Translations under genes and position numbers: made by a program
Assembly (NCBI GenBank): GCA_016860985.1
Contig: BOKM01000001.1
Span: forward strand, 2,310-66,309
Direction of reading: 5' to 3'
DNA from: Patescibacteria group bacterium
Lineage (GTDB): Bacteria; Patescibacteriota; Dojkabacteria; GCA-002793355
Length of the DNA stretch: 64,000 bases
Shown: positions 38,687-47,884 of the stretch, piece after piece
How positions within the stretch are numbered: position 1 is the stretch's first letter
Layout: every line of letters starts with the position of its first letter
The notes under the pieces: generated by a model
The model's input: the letters and a program-made list of their open reading frames with translations, nothing else
Told to the model about the DNA's origin: nothing
Databases searched by the model: none

Positions 38687-40108
38687 ATGTTAACAAAGTC
38701 CGATTTTGTTGCATACATTGATTCCCCAAGGCACCTATGGGCAATCAAACACAATAAACTTACCGAAGTAGAACATAATGCATTTCTCAATCATTTGTTC
38801 GAGCAAGGATATGATGTTGAAGAGTATGGCGAAAAATATATTAGGGAAATATTGGTTCCAGAATACGAAGTTTCTAGCAACAATATCTTATTCCAACCAA
38901 CCGCCAATGATGGAGAGTTTGAAGCTCGGGCTGATGTACTGATCAAAAACCCTAAAACGAACAAATGGGACATGTACGAGATTAAAAGTTCGACAGAAGT
39001 AAAGAGACAGCACAGGTATGATGTTACGTTTCAGTCACTTGTATTTGGGAAGAATTATGAATTAGGCGAGATATTCATACTCCATCTGAACCCTGATTAT
39101 ACAAGAACCGGTGAAATCGATATTGCGAAACTTTTTACGAGAACTAATCTTACAAAAGTTGTCTCTGACTTAATTCATGAAGTCCAAATATTACGATACG
39201 AAGCGCTTGAGGTTATATCTGAAGACGACTATTCATTAGTACAGTCATGTATTCGCCCGAAATTATGCCCTTGCTTGGGAATTTGCCATCAAAACTTACC
39301 AGACTACTCCATATACGATATCAATAATCTGACAGCAAATGAAAAGAAAATTCGCGAACTGGAAAAATTGGGCTTTATTAGCATCGATGACGTTCCACTC
39401 AATTTCGCACTCTCAGAAAAACAAAGGTTTCAAGTTCAGATTGCGCAAAATAATCAAACATACATTAATTCTAATTCTATTGAGAAAAGTTTCGAAAAGT
39501 TACAGTATCCGATTTACTTTGTTGATTATGAATCGTTCAATCCGGCAATACCCATGTTTGATAGTTACAAGCCATACGACCAAATTCCATTCCAGTGGTC
39601 GCTTCACATAAAAGAAGATTTAACATCTGAATTGAAACATTATGAATTTATTGAAACACAACAGATTGATCCTATTGTTAATTTTCTAAGTGCTATGCAG
39701 GCCGTAGTCGGGACAAATGGTTCAATCATAGTATGGAACAAGGCATTCGAAGGCACGCAGAACAAAAGAATGGGGGAAATTCATTCAGAATTTAAAGATT
39801 ATTGTGAAAATATGAATTCGCGGCTATTTGATCTTATGGAAATTTTCAGAGATGGACTATACGCAGATCGAAAATTTAAAGGTAGTTATTCAATTAAAAA
39901 AGTTCTGCCAGTACTTGTACCTTCACTTAGTTACAAAGGTATGAATATTGCAGAGGGTGCGACAGCGATGGCGAGTTGGAATGATATGGTTTTCGGAAAT
40001 ACCGATGACGAACAAAAAGCACAGCTTAGGGCTGATCTTTTAAAGTACTGTGAGCTTGATACTTTGGCGATGGTAAGGATTTTCGAGAAACTCGCCGAAT
40101 TGCTTTAA
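38687..40108 (+). CDS. DUF2779-like protein (PD-(D/E)XK-type N-terminus plus C-terminal RNase-H-like region)
   Basis: EARADVLIK...YEIKSST (D/E-x-K) at the N-terminus, and YFVDYESFNPAIPMFDSYKPYDQIPFQWSLH matches the conserved DUF2779 motif as recalled. Start 2 nt after the phosphatase stop. Confidence 0.5.
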   Translation: MLTKSDFVAYIDSPRHLWAIKHNKLTEVEHNAFLNHLFEQGYDVEEYGEKYIREILVPEYEVSSNNILFQPTANDGEFEARADVLIKNPKTNKWDMYEIKSSTEVKRQHRYDVTFQSLVFGKNYELGEIFILHLNPDYTRTGEIDIAKLFTRTNLTKVVSDLIHEVQILRYEALEVISEDDYSLVQSCIRPKLCPCLGICHQNLPDYSIYDINNLTANEKKIRELEKLGFISIDDVPLNFALSEKQRFQVQIAQNNQTYINSNSIEKSFEKLQYPIYFVDYESFNPAIPMFDSYKPYDQIPFQWSLHIKEDLTSELKHYEFIETQQIDPIVNFLSAMQAVVGTNGSIIVWNKAFEGTQNKRMGEIHSEFKDYCENMNSRLFDLMEIFRDGLYADRKFKGSYSIKKVLPVLVPSLSYKGMNIAEGATAMASWNDMVFGNTDDEQKAQLRADLLKYCELDTLAMVRIFEKLAELL

Positions 40109-40146
40109 ACCCCAGACTTCATCCTTCTTTGCGTTACTTGTTGTGC

Positions 40147-40203
40147 ATGGAACAACCAACCAATACACCACTCACCTACTGCCTCTATACCAGAAAGTCA
40201 TCT
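40147..40203 (+). pseudogene. 5' remnant of a serine recombinase gene (first about 19 codons: MEQPTNTPLTYCLYTRKSS) with the conserved recombinase leader
   Basis: 40113-40146 aligns to the 34 nt upstream of both intact recombinase genes (…CAGACTTC.TCCTTCTTTGCG.TACT.GT.GT..ATGGAA). The coding similarity ends after the KSS codons, then a stop follows at 40222-40224. Confidence 0.55.
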
Positions 40204-40300
40204 ATGTTAAGTTACAAGTTTTAATAAGACCGTATTTATCCCAATTGTTGTTACAGTTCCTTCTTCAGCGTATAATTCAAGATAATGTGTTTTTGTAATC

Positions 40301-43300
40301 ATGAATACAGCCACTAAAGAGTTCATATATTGCAAACGCTGTAACGTCATCCTCCGATTGTCTAGTAATGACATGAAGGAAGAGAGTGTATCTTGTCCAA
40401 AATGTAACACCATAAATGAATTAGTTACTGCTGTATCCCCAGCGTACTCTCCTAGAAAAGTAAATTGTACGAACTGCAATTCAGTATTAATGCTAAATAA
40501 TAAGGAGCGATTACGTGGTGCTTTAATACATTGCCCAGAGTGCAAGATGGACTTCAATAACACCCTCGAGCGACTTAACGAGATTCCGGAAGAATTAACA
40601 GTTGAATCGACAGCGGATAATAATAACGAACAGTCAAATATTTCTAAGTTTTCTACTCCACCTATATACCACAACGATAGTGCTCTTTCTGAGAATACTG
40701 ATAACAACGAAGCTATTCAAAAGTCAGAAGCAAAGGTTTCGCAAATTAAGTTCGACAAAACATTTATTAAACGTTTACTTGACAAACTAAAAGTTGGGAA
40801 TGCGAGATCAATTCATCTCAATGCAGTTCCTGGTAGATCTGCCACGAGACTTGACCTGTATCAACTTTCTGATATTGATAAGGATTTGCCAAAAAACTTC
40901 CTCGACAAGTTGATGACTAACGATTCTTTTTCGTTCACGATTTCGTATGATAAAGTAAATCTCGGAGAAATTGACGATGAAGCGAAAAGAAAACTTGCTT
41001 TGATTACGAAACGATTGAACACAATAGTCATTGAAAATACAGACAGCCTTTTAGAGTATGGATTAGAGAATTTTGGTTTTGGATATCCATTACTAATCAA
41101 GAGAGATCACAATGATCCAAGCAAGGTCGTAAAAGCACCATTATTCATCTGGAATTTGAACTTAGAGAGGTCCACTCAAAATAAAAACACATGGGTTATA
41201 AAAAGAGGCGAAGATTACCCAATAAAAATCAATGAGCTTTTGATCTCTCACATAACAAAGGATGAATCAATTCAGATAGAAAAGATACCTAAAGATATTC
41301 TCGAAGATGGCATCCTGGATGAAAGTGAACTCCTTAAATTAACAAAGGTTATTTTATCCCAATTAAATACCACAAGCATCCCCTCTGAAATTAAGTTAGA
41401 AAAGTGCCCGGACGCAAAGGAGATTGATGATATCGCAAATTCGAAGCCATGGATTCAATGGAGTGGAATATTCGGCATCTATAGGTCTCAGAATGAAACA
41501 ATAATTCACAGTACTGAGGAGTTGCTTTCACGTTTAGATGAGTTTTCAAGTGAAAGTTTGACTTTAGAACCATTTCAAACATCCACAGTAACTTCAGTAG
41601 AAACAGACCCAAGCAAAGAGGAGATCGTAAACACACTAACAAAGGATGAAATAAAGTTGATCCAAGGACCACCAGGTACAGGAAAAAGCCAAAGTATTAC
41701 AGCTATTGTTTCAAATGTTTTATCCAACAATGGGAAATGTTTAATCGTATGCGAGAAGAAGACAGCATTAGATGTTATATACACGATCTTAACTAAAATA
41801 GGGTTAGGGCAATTATCCATACTTATTGACGATGTAAACAAGGATAGAAAGCTAGTAATTGAAAAAGCCAGAACAATACGAGAGAGTCCAGGAGCTCCAT
41901 ATTTCTCCCAGCGAAGTTATAATGACCTTTATGCAAAGTTTTCAGCATTGAAGGAGAAAATAAATTCAAAGTATTCTGAGTCACTAAGAAGCGTGCTCGG
42001 TGATTTAAACTGGAAACAATTAATTGGTTTGTATCTACGATATTCGAAAGAAGTTTGTTTCAACGATATTCTGGGAAGACTAAACTACAATGATTGTAAT
42101 TTCAACTACGATGAGTACTCTCTCTTGGTATCATTCATTGAGGAGGCAAGTCAACTTTATAGTGAATTGGGTAATGATTCTGAATCGGCATTTGAGATTG
42201 TAAACAAGTCGATTTTTTCAACGCGTTATAAATGGACTGAACACGAAAAATTAAAGAGCGTAACATCCGAGTATCTTGATATCATTTCTGCGTTAGAGAA
42301 ATTTACTGCAGGAAAAAAACAAGGCGAGTTTGAGAAATTTGGTGTATCAACTTTTGATGTGGATGCGATTAATAACTCACTGAGCTTAATCAATTTGCTT
42401 ATCGAATCACTCGAAAAAGCCGTCAAATCATTTAGAAAAGGAACAGGGCTCATCGGAAAGGAGTTTTGGTGCCAAAATGCTTTCACAAAATTCATAATGA
42501 GAGCAAAAGCTCTATACACAAATAAGTATAAGACTTCCCTTTTGTTGGAAAAAACCATAATAAAGCACTTTAAAGAAGCGAAGAGCTTAATCTATGGGCT
42601 TCGAAAATATAATATTTCAATTAGTGAATTGGTACAAAGTAGTAAATACGAAAGTACTGAAGAAGAGCTCTCATATATTGGGAATATTATTATTGAGGCA
42701 AACACTATCAGACTTCAGATTGAAGATCTCGCTAAATACCGAGCATTTCTTGAAGACATTGAAACGCGACTATTGAAACTTGAGTCCACAAACGTCGTGA
42801 ACTATAAGAATACTAGGCTCGCCGACATCAAAAGCCTCAGTTCACTAAACAAATTTAAGGATCAACTCAAGCTTTTGTTTGAGCGATTATCATTACATCT
42901 TGACTCATTTGAAAGTTATCATAACTGGAAATACTTTTTAGGAAATATAGATAATTATAAGACTAAACTTGTAACAGCATTTCTTGATATTCCTCCTGAA
43001 AATTGGAGAAATTTATTCATCGCATGGTATTACCGAGGAGCTTTGCATAATTTTGAGAGTAAATCGAGTATCGGATTTAATAATTCCGACACATCTCTGA
43101 ATCAATTAAGTGATTTTTATTCTGAATTGAAAAAACAACAAATTGATCAAATAAAGTTCACATGGAGTACAAATCAATTCAAGCTTTTTGAAAAAACCAC
43201 TTACAATTTCAACCTGCTTTACAATTTAAGAAAGAACCATGTTGGTCCCAAAAACTCTCTTAGGAACCTTATTGAAAAGGACTTTAATCTATTTACGACA

Positions 43301-44719
43301 ATGTTTCCAATAATCTTAACAAACCCTGCGGCGGCTAACGCCATCCTCCCTCTAAAACAAGGCCTTTTTACCGTAGTAATCTTTGATGAAGCGAGTCAGC
43401 TAAAAGTATCTGATACTTTTACGACATTCATTAGGGGCCAGTACAAAATCATTGCAGGAGACGAACACCAAATGCCACCTTCCTCTTATTTTCAAAGTAA
43501 TGCAGATTTACTGGACATTGACGAAGATGATACAAATGATGTCTTCACAGAGACTGACGAGCAAATTGCTTTGTCAGAAAGTGAATCACTGCTTCAATAT
43601 GCGACAGACTTACCACACGTTAATAAATCGTACTTAGATTTTCACTACAGATCCAATCATCAAGCCTTAATTAACTTCTCAAACAACGCTTTCTATGGTG
43701 GCAATTTAGTTACATTCCCTCATTTTGAAGTTTACAGACCAATTGAATTTAGAGCGGTAAATGGGCGCTATGAAACAAGAACAAACCCATCCGAGGTAGC
43801 AGAAATCTTGAAGATTCTTCAGATAGAGATTCACACAAATCAAAATGGGAAATACCCTTCAGTTGGCATAGCAACATTTAATATTAACCAAAGAAACTTA
43901 ATAATTGAAACACTAAACAGGGTTGCCGAAGAAGATCCCACCTTTGGAAGTAAGTTACGTGAACTGAAAGAGAACGGGTTGTTTGTCAAAAATCTAGAAA
44001 ATATTCAAGGTGACGAAAGAGATATTATTATTATTTCAACAACATATGGTATTCAGCCAGACGGAACCTTCTCCCAGAATTTTGCTAGATTAAATAGAAT
44101 CGAGGGGTATAAACTTCTAAATGTATTGATTACCCGAGCAAAACATAAACTATATGTATGCACCTCAATTCCAAAAAACAAGTACATTTCCTACCCTGAA
44201 TTAATTAAAAGTGAGGGCAACAATAAAAGAGGAATTCTTTACGCTTATTTAGCGTATTCAGAAGCAATATCCGCAGGTGATAACGATACTGCAGAAGGAA
44301 TTTTGGAATTACTAAAAACCCAAAGTTATGAAAAACCTAGAATAATGTCTGCGAACGACGGACTATCAGAATCACCCTTTGAAGAAGAAGTATACGACCT
44401 GTTATCAAAACATTTCCCTGCGGAAAAGATCATTCAGCAGCATAAAGTCGGTGGATTCCGCCTTGATTTTATAATTAAGTCCAAAATTAAGGATATCGTA
44501 ATCGAATGTGATGGTAAGGCATACCATTCCACAGAAGAAGCATATGCTTATGATATGTTTAGACAAAAGGAGTTGGAAAAAATGGGATTCATTATATATA
44601 GAATTTGGTCAACCAACTGGTTTAGAGACAAGGAATTAGAAATGAGAAAACTTTTGGGTTTTGTATCAATTACTAACAATGAAAGTCCTGAAGTATTACA
44701 AAAATCATTGCCACTCTAA
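40301..44719 (+). CDS. 1472-aa SF1B (Upf1/DNA2-like) helicase with N-terminal tandem zinc ribbons and a C-terminal DUF559/Vsr-like PD-(D/E)XK endonuclease domain
   Basis: Four CxxC pairs in the first 90 aa. Walker A GPPGTGKSQS, motif II VVIFDEASQL, motif VI VLITRAKHKLYV. C-terminal GFRLDFII...IVIECDGKAYH...FRQKELEKMGFIIYRIW fits DUF559. Confidence 0.7.
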   Translation: MNTATKEFIYCKRCNVILRLSSNDMKEESVSCPKCNTINELVTAVSPAYSPRKVNCTNCNSVLMLNNKERLRGALIHCPECKMDFNNTLERLNEIPEELTVESTADNNNEQSNISKFSTPPIYHNDSALSENTDNNEAIQKSEAKVSQIKFDKTFIKRLLDKLKVGNARSIHLNAVPGRSATRLDLYQLSDIDKDLPKNFLDKLMTNDSFSFTISYDKVNLGEIDDEAKRKLALITKRLNTIVIENTDSLLEYGLENFGFGYPLLIKRDHNDPSKVVKAPLFIWNLNLERSTQNKNTWVIKRGEDYPIKINELLISHITKDESIQIEKIPKDILEDGILDESELLKLTKVILSQLNTTSIPSEIKLEKCPDAKEIDDIANSKPWIQWSGIFGIYRSQNETIIHSTEELLSRLDEFSSESLTLEPFQTSTVTSVETDPSKEEIVNTLTKDEIKLIQGPPGTGKSQSITAIVSNVLSNNGKCLIVCEKKTALDVIYTILTKIGLGQLSILIDDVNKDRKLVIEKARTIRESPGAPYFSQRSYNDLYAKFSALKEKINSKYSESLRSVLGDLNWKQLIGLYLRYSKEVCFNDILGRLNYNDCNFNYDEYSLLVSFIEEASQLYSELGNDSESAFEIVNKSIFSTRYKWTEHEKLKSVTSEYLDIISALEKFTAGKKQGEFEKFGVSTFDVDAINNSLSLINLLIESLEKAVKSFRKGTGLIGKEFWCQNAFTKFIMRAKALYTNKYKTSLLLEKTIIKHFKEAKSLIYGLRKYNISISELVQSSKYESTEEELSYIGNIIIEANTIRLQIEDLAKYRAFLEDIETRLLKLESTNVVNYKNTRLADIKSLSSLNKFKDQLKLLFERLSLHLDSFESYHNWKYFLGNIDNYKTKLVTAFLDIPPENWRNLFIAWYYRGALHNFESKSSIGFNNSDTSLNQLSDFYSELKKQQIDQIKFTWSTNQFKLFEKTTYNFNLLYNLRKNHVGPKNSLRNLIEKDFNLFTTMFPIILTNPAAANAILPLKQGLFTVVIFDEASQLKVSDTFTTFIRGQYKIIAGDEHQMPPSSYFQSNADLLDIDEDDTNDVFTETDEQIALSESESLLQYATDLPHVNKSYLDFHYRSNHQALINFSNNAFYGGNLVTFPHFEVYRPIEFRAVNGRYETRTNPSEVAEILKILQIEIHTNQNGKYPSVGIATFNINQRNLIIETLNRVAEEDPTFGSKLRELKENGLFVKNLENIQGDERDIIIISTTYGIQPDGTFSQNFARLNRIEGYKLLNVLITRAKHKLYVCTSIPKNKYISYPELIKSEGNNKRGILYAYLAYSEAISAGDNDTAEGILELLKTQSYEKPRIMSANDGLSESPFEEEVYDLLSKHFPAEKIIQQHKVGGFRLDFIIKSKIKDIVIECDGKAYHSTEEAYAYDMFRQKELEKMGFIIYRIWSTNWFRDKELEMRKLLGFVSITNNESPEVLQKSLPL

Positions 44720-44849
44720 ATCCTTCAACGTTACTAATGTTTGGTAACTTTATTCAAGAAATTGAATCTAATAACTGCTATCCATAACTCATCGCAGTTT
44801 TGTTATATACCTACTAGACTTCCTCCCTTCTTTGCGGTACTAGTGTTGT

Positions 44850-46190
44850 ATGGAAAACACAATAAAAGTACCTGAATTACGCTACTGTCTCTATGCTCGG
44901 AAATCCTCAGAGTCTGACGAGAAGCAAGCAATGAGTATTGATAGCCAGCTTCACGAAATGAGTGATTTGGCAAAGCGAGATAATATCAACATCGTCGACA
45001 TCATTACAGAAAGCCATTCTGCTAAAGAAACTGGGCAACGACCACAGTTTAACCTTATGGTTGAAGGAATTAGTAGCGGAAAGTATAACGGCATTATAAC
45101 GTGGGCTCCAGATAGAATTTCGAGAAATGCTGGTGACTTAGGTCGAATAGTCGACTTAATGGATCAAGGCAAACTCTCACTTATTAAGACGCATTCCCAA
45201 ACATTTACCAACAACCCAAACGAGAAGTTCCTCCTCATGATTCTCTGCTCCCAAGCAAAACTAGAAAACGACAATAGAGGAATTAATGTAAAGCGTGGTC
45301 TAAAGAGTAAATGTCAGACAGGAGTAAGGCCAACAATGCCACCTCTCGGATATATTAACATCATGCGAGCAAATAGAATCTCAACAGTAATCATAGACCC
45401 AGAAAAGGCTCCAATTATTAAACAGATGTTCACGTACGTTGCTGACAAAGGACTTTCAGGAAGAACCATCCGAAAATGGCTAAGAAAAATTGGATTCAAA
45501 TCAAGAACAGGAAAAGACCTCGTTTTAAGTCTAATCTACAAAATGCTCAAAAATCCCTTTTATTATGGATATTTTAAATACGGTGAGAAAATATACAAAG
45601 GTTCACATGAACCTCTCATATCCAAACAAGTATTTGATAAAGTACAAATACAGTTGCAAACAACACCACGACAGTGGAATAAACAGCTCTACCCTTTTAA
45701 GAAGATTTGCAAATGTGGAAGTTGTGGCAGTAGTATAACTGCAGAAACGAAGTTTCGAGTAGTTCAGAATGGAGACGTTCATCCTCATATCTATTATCAC
45801 TGCAATAGGATAAATGACTATGATTGTCATGAACCCTATATAACGGAAGCTGAACTCATACAGCAACTTGTTGCTCTTATGCCACAAATCAAACTCGACA
45901 AAGAATACATTTGGAACCTATTCCAAGACGAAATCAAACGACTGAATCATCTACAACAAATAATGAATCTGAAAAATAGTGTAGCTTTTGAGACAACTCC
46001 ACATAGGAACAAGTCCAAATCCATAAAGGCGATTAGTGGAAAGGAAACCGAAATGATCAGAGATTATTTCCTACACATTCTTCAGTATGGAACACCGGAA
46101 GAAAGGCAGAACATATTAAGGGGCGTTAAGACGATATTCAAATTGAGAGATCGAGAACTAATGATCAAAAAAACGTCATTGATTACCTAA
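44850..46190 (+). CDS. large serine recombinase, paralog of 22505-23845
   Basis: Same domain signature (YCLYARKSSESDEKQ, CKCGSCGSS zinc ribbon). Identity to copy 1 is mosaic at the DNA level: about 88% in the 5' third, about 99% in the middle. Confidence 0.85.
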   Translation: MENTIKVPELRYCLYARKSSESDEKQAMSIDSQLHEMSDLAKRDNINIVDIITESHSAKETGQRPQFNLMVEGISSGKYNGIITWAPDRISRNAGDLGRIVDLMDQGKLSLIKTHSQTFTNNPNEKFLLMILCSQAKLENDNRGINVKRGLKSKCQTGVRPTMPPLGYINIMRANRISTVIIDPEKAPIIKQMFTYVADKGLSGRTIRKWLRKIGFKSRTGKDLVLSLIYKMLKNPFYYGYFKYGEKIYKGSHEPLISKQVFDKVQIQLQTTPRQWNKQLYPFKKICKCGSCGSSITAETKFRVVQNGDVHPHIYYHCNRINDYDCHEPYITEAELIQQLVALMPQIKLDKEYIWNLFQDEIKRLNHLQQIMNLKNSVAFETTPHRNKSKSIKAISGKETEMIRDYFLHILQYGTPEERQNILRGVKTIFKLRDRELMIKKTSLIT

Positions 46191-46215
46191 AATGAGTTAC
46201 TACGTATCTTCAGAG

Positions 46216-46644
46216 TTACAACTTTTTATAGTAAGCTAGTCCCAAAAAAATGAACCCAGCGAAAGACATAAAAGCGAAACCGATGATCTGGGTTATAACT
46301 CCAATATAATCAAACGATGAATCTATTAATGATGACGAATCGGCAATCCTGTAAGTTGAAAGAGAGGAGGATTGTGTAGTTGGAGTGTAAGTGGAGCTTG
46401 TATCTTGCCGTTTCTTAGTTCCTTCTACACCAGTATATGGATTGGTGTTTCCTTCTACACTCCAATTATTATTTACAATTCCGTCTGGGTCACTTCGATA
46501 ATATCCCTCGACTCGTGTTCCATCTTTCTTTGTATAGCCATTAACCCATACATCTGCATAAGCTGGAGAACTAGTAATGGCCACTGTTGCGAAAGAAAAG
46601 ACGATGAGAATTAGCACCAAAAGAAATTTGAATGCAGAAAACAT
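46216..46644 (-). CDS. hypothetical secreted/membrane protein (signal peptide, Ser/Thr-rich, C-terminal TM)
   Basis: N-terminal FKFLLVLILIVFSFATVAITSSPAYA and C-terminal hydrophobic segment. Confidence 0.4.
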   Translation of the reverse strand: MFSAFKFLLVLILIVFSFATVAITSSPAYADVWVNGYTKKDGTRVEGYYRSDPDGIVNNNWSVEGNTNPYTGVEGTKKRQDTSSTYTPTTQSSSLSTYRIADSSSLIDSSFDYIGVITQIIGFAFMSFAGFIFLGLAYYKKL

Positions 46645-46733
46645 TTACAATTATACTAAATTTATAGTAACAATTATATAAACAGCAATGGAGACAATAT
46701 TGACTTATAGAAGTGTCAAATATATATTGAGTC

Positions 46734-47375
46734 ATGCCGAATCAAATTTCAAATACACTAAAAGGATACTGCCCACATTGTTTTACAAGTAGAAATTTCA
46801 ACCTTGACGAAAGGAGAGGGGCAATTATTAATTGTGCGAATTGCGAGAAGAACTTTACTGTACTCGATTCAGAAAAGATTATACTATCTGAAATAACTGA
46901 AGGTATGTGCCCACATTGTGGATCTGGTGTTCATTTTACATTACAACAACGTGCCGGAAGTCCCGTACTTTGTGTAAAATGCAAAAATGACTTTCTTCTT
47001 TCCGACATACACATTCTGCCCAAATATTCAGAGATAAACTATGTAAAAAAACTTGAAGAGTTGATGTCCCCAAATGGTAAAGTTGGAAGGAAAGAGTTTC
47101 TTTATAGCTACTTTGGAATCGCCTTAGGGAATTTCGTATTTATAACATTTCTGGTAGCGATTTTTGGTAATACTAATGAATACATGCTGTCGTCTATTCT
47201 AACTCTGATTGTCTTCCTCGCTTGGGGAATATCGGCGTGGGCTGTAATTTGTTTAGGAATTAGAAGATTGAGGGATATTAACGAACCTCCCGCAACAATT
47301 ATAGTCGCGTTTATTCCCATTCTTAATATTATTCTACTTTTGTGGCTTCTTTTAACTCCTTCAAAGAACAAATAG
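46734..47375 (+). CDS. zinc-ribbon + DUF805 family inner-membrane protein
   Basis: Two CxxC...CxxC ribbons at the N-terminus. C-terminal GRKEFLYSY...RRLRDINEPPA with 3 TM matches the DUF805 (YhaI-like) pattern. Confidence 0.55.
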   Translation: MPNQISNTLKGYCPHCFTSRNFNLDERRGAIINCANCEKNFTVLDSEKIILSEITEGMCPHCGSGVHFTLQQRAGSPVLCVKCKNDFLLSDIHILPKYSEINYVKKLEELMSPNGKVGRKEFLYSYFGIALGNFVFITFLVAIFGNTNEYMLSSILTLIVFLAWGISAWAVICLGIRRLRDINEPPATIIVAFIPILNIILLLWLLLTPSKNK

Positions 47376-47404
47376 AATTTTTTTGAACTACTAATGTAGA
47401 CACA

Positions 47405-47458
47405 TTCGGTTCCGAAGCTTCGAACAAAGGAGTATTATATTTTCTGATTTTTAGTGGT
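47405..47458 (+). terminator. possible intrinsic terminator after the DUF805 gene (imperfect palindrome TTCGGTTCCGAAGCTTCGAAC followed by a T-rich tract), coinciding with the start of conserved-element copy C
   Basis: GTTCCGAAG/CTTCGAAC near-palindrome at 47409-47425, then TATATTTTCTGATTTTTAGTGGTTTTT. Confidence 0.3.
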
Positions 47459-47600
47459 TTTTACGTATTACAGGACTACGTTTACACATTTCCGAAAGTA
47501 CCTCTCAAAACAATCGGAGACTTGGTCACTAATTGATAGGACTGACGGGACTTGAAGGAATTCAATGCAAAATGCGGGACATGTGAGTCTGGAACATAAA
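47432..47600 (+). repeat. copy C (5' part) of the conserved noncoding element. Its 3' part (GAGACA...GACAGTATAAAAAAGAG) lies at 47830-47866 after an inserted micro-ORF.
   Basis: 47432-47545 aligns with 24612-24720. The core GATAGGACTGACGGGACTTGAAG is at 47538-47560. Confidence 0.55.
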
Positions 47601-47646
47601 AGCACTTAATATTGACTACGCTGGCATTTATATTGTACAAAAATAA

Positions 47647-47811
47647 ATGAAAGACAATTCTGTAAAAAAATTTTTAATACTAGTTGGTGTAGGCGCAGTG
47701 ATTGGATATGGAGTATTAGGTGACTTTGAAGGTGCATTCAGGGGAGGATGCGGTGGTGCTGTATTTGGCTTTTTCGCTGCATTAATTGATGACCAGTTAA
47801 AAAATTCTTAG
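47647..47811 (+). CDS. 54-aa glycine-zipper membrane micro-protein (not in the ORF track because it is under 60 aa)
   Basis: MKDNSVKKFLILVGVGAVIGYGVLGDFEGAFRGGCGGAVFGFFAALIDDQLKNS is one TM helix with GxxxG repeats, sitting between the two halves of element copy C. No clear Shine-Dalgarno sequence. Confidence 0.25.
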   Translation: MKDNSVKKFLILVGVGAVIGYGVLGDFEGAFRGGCGGAVFGFFAALIDDQLKNS

Positions 47812-47884
47812 GTCTGTTATTTTTTTATCGATATTAAACGAGACAAATGGGACAGTATAAAAAAGAGAAATATTGAATTGCTAA

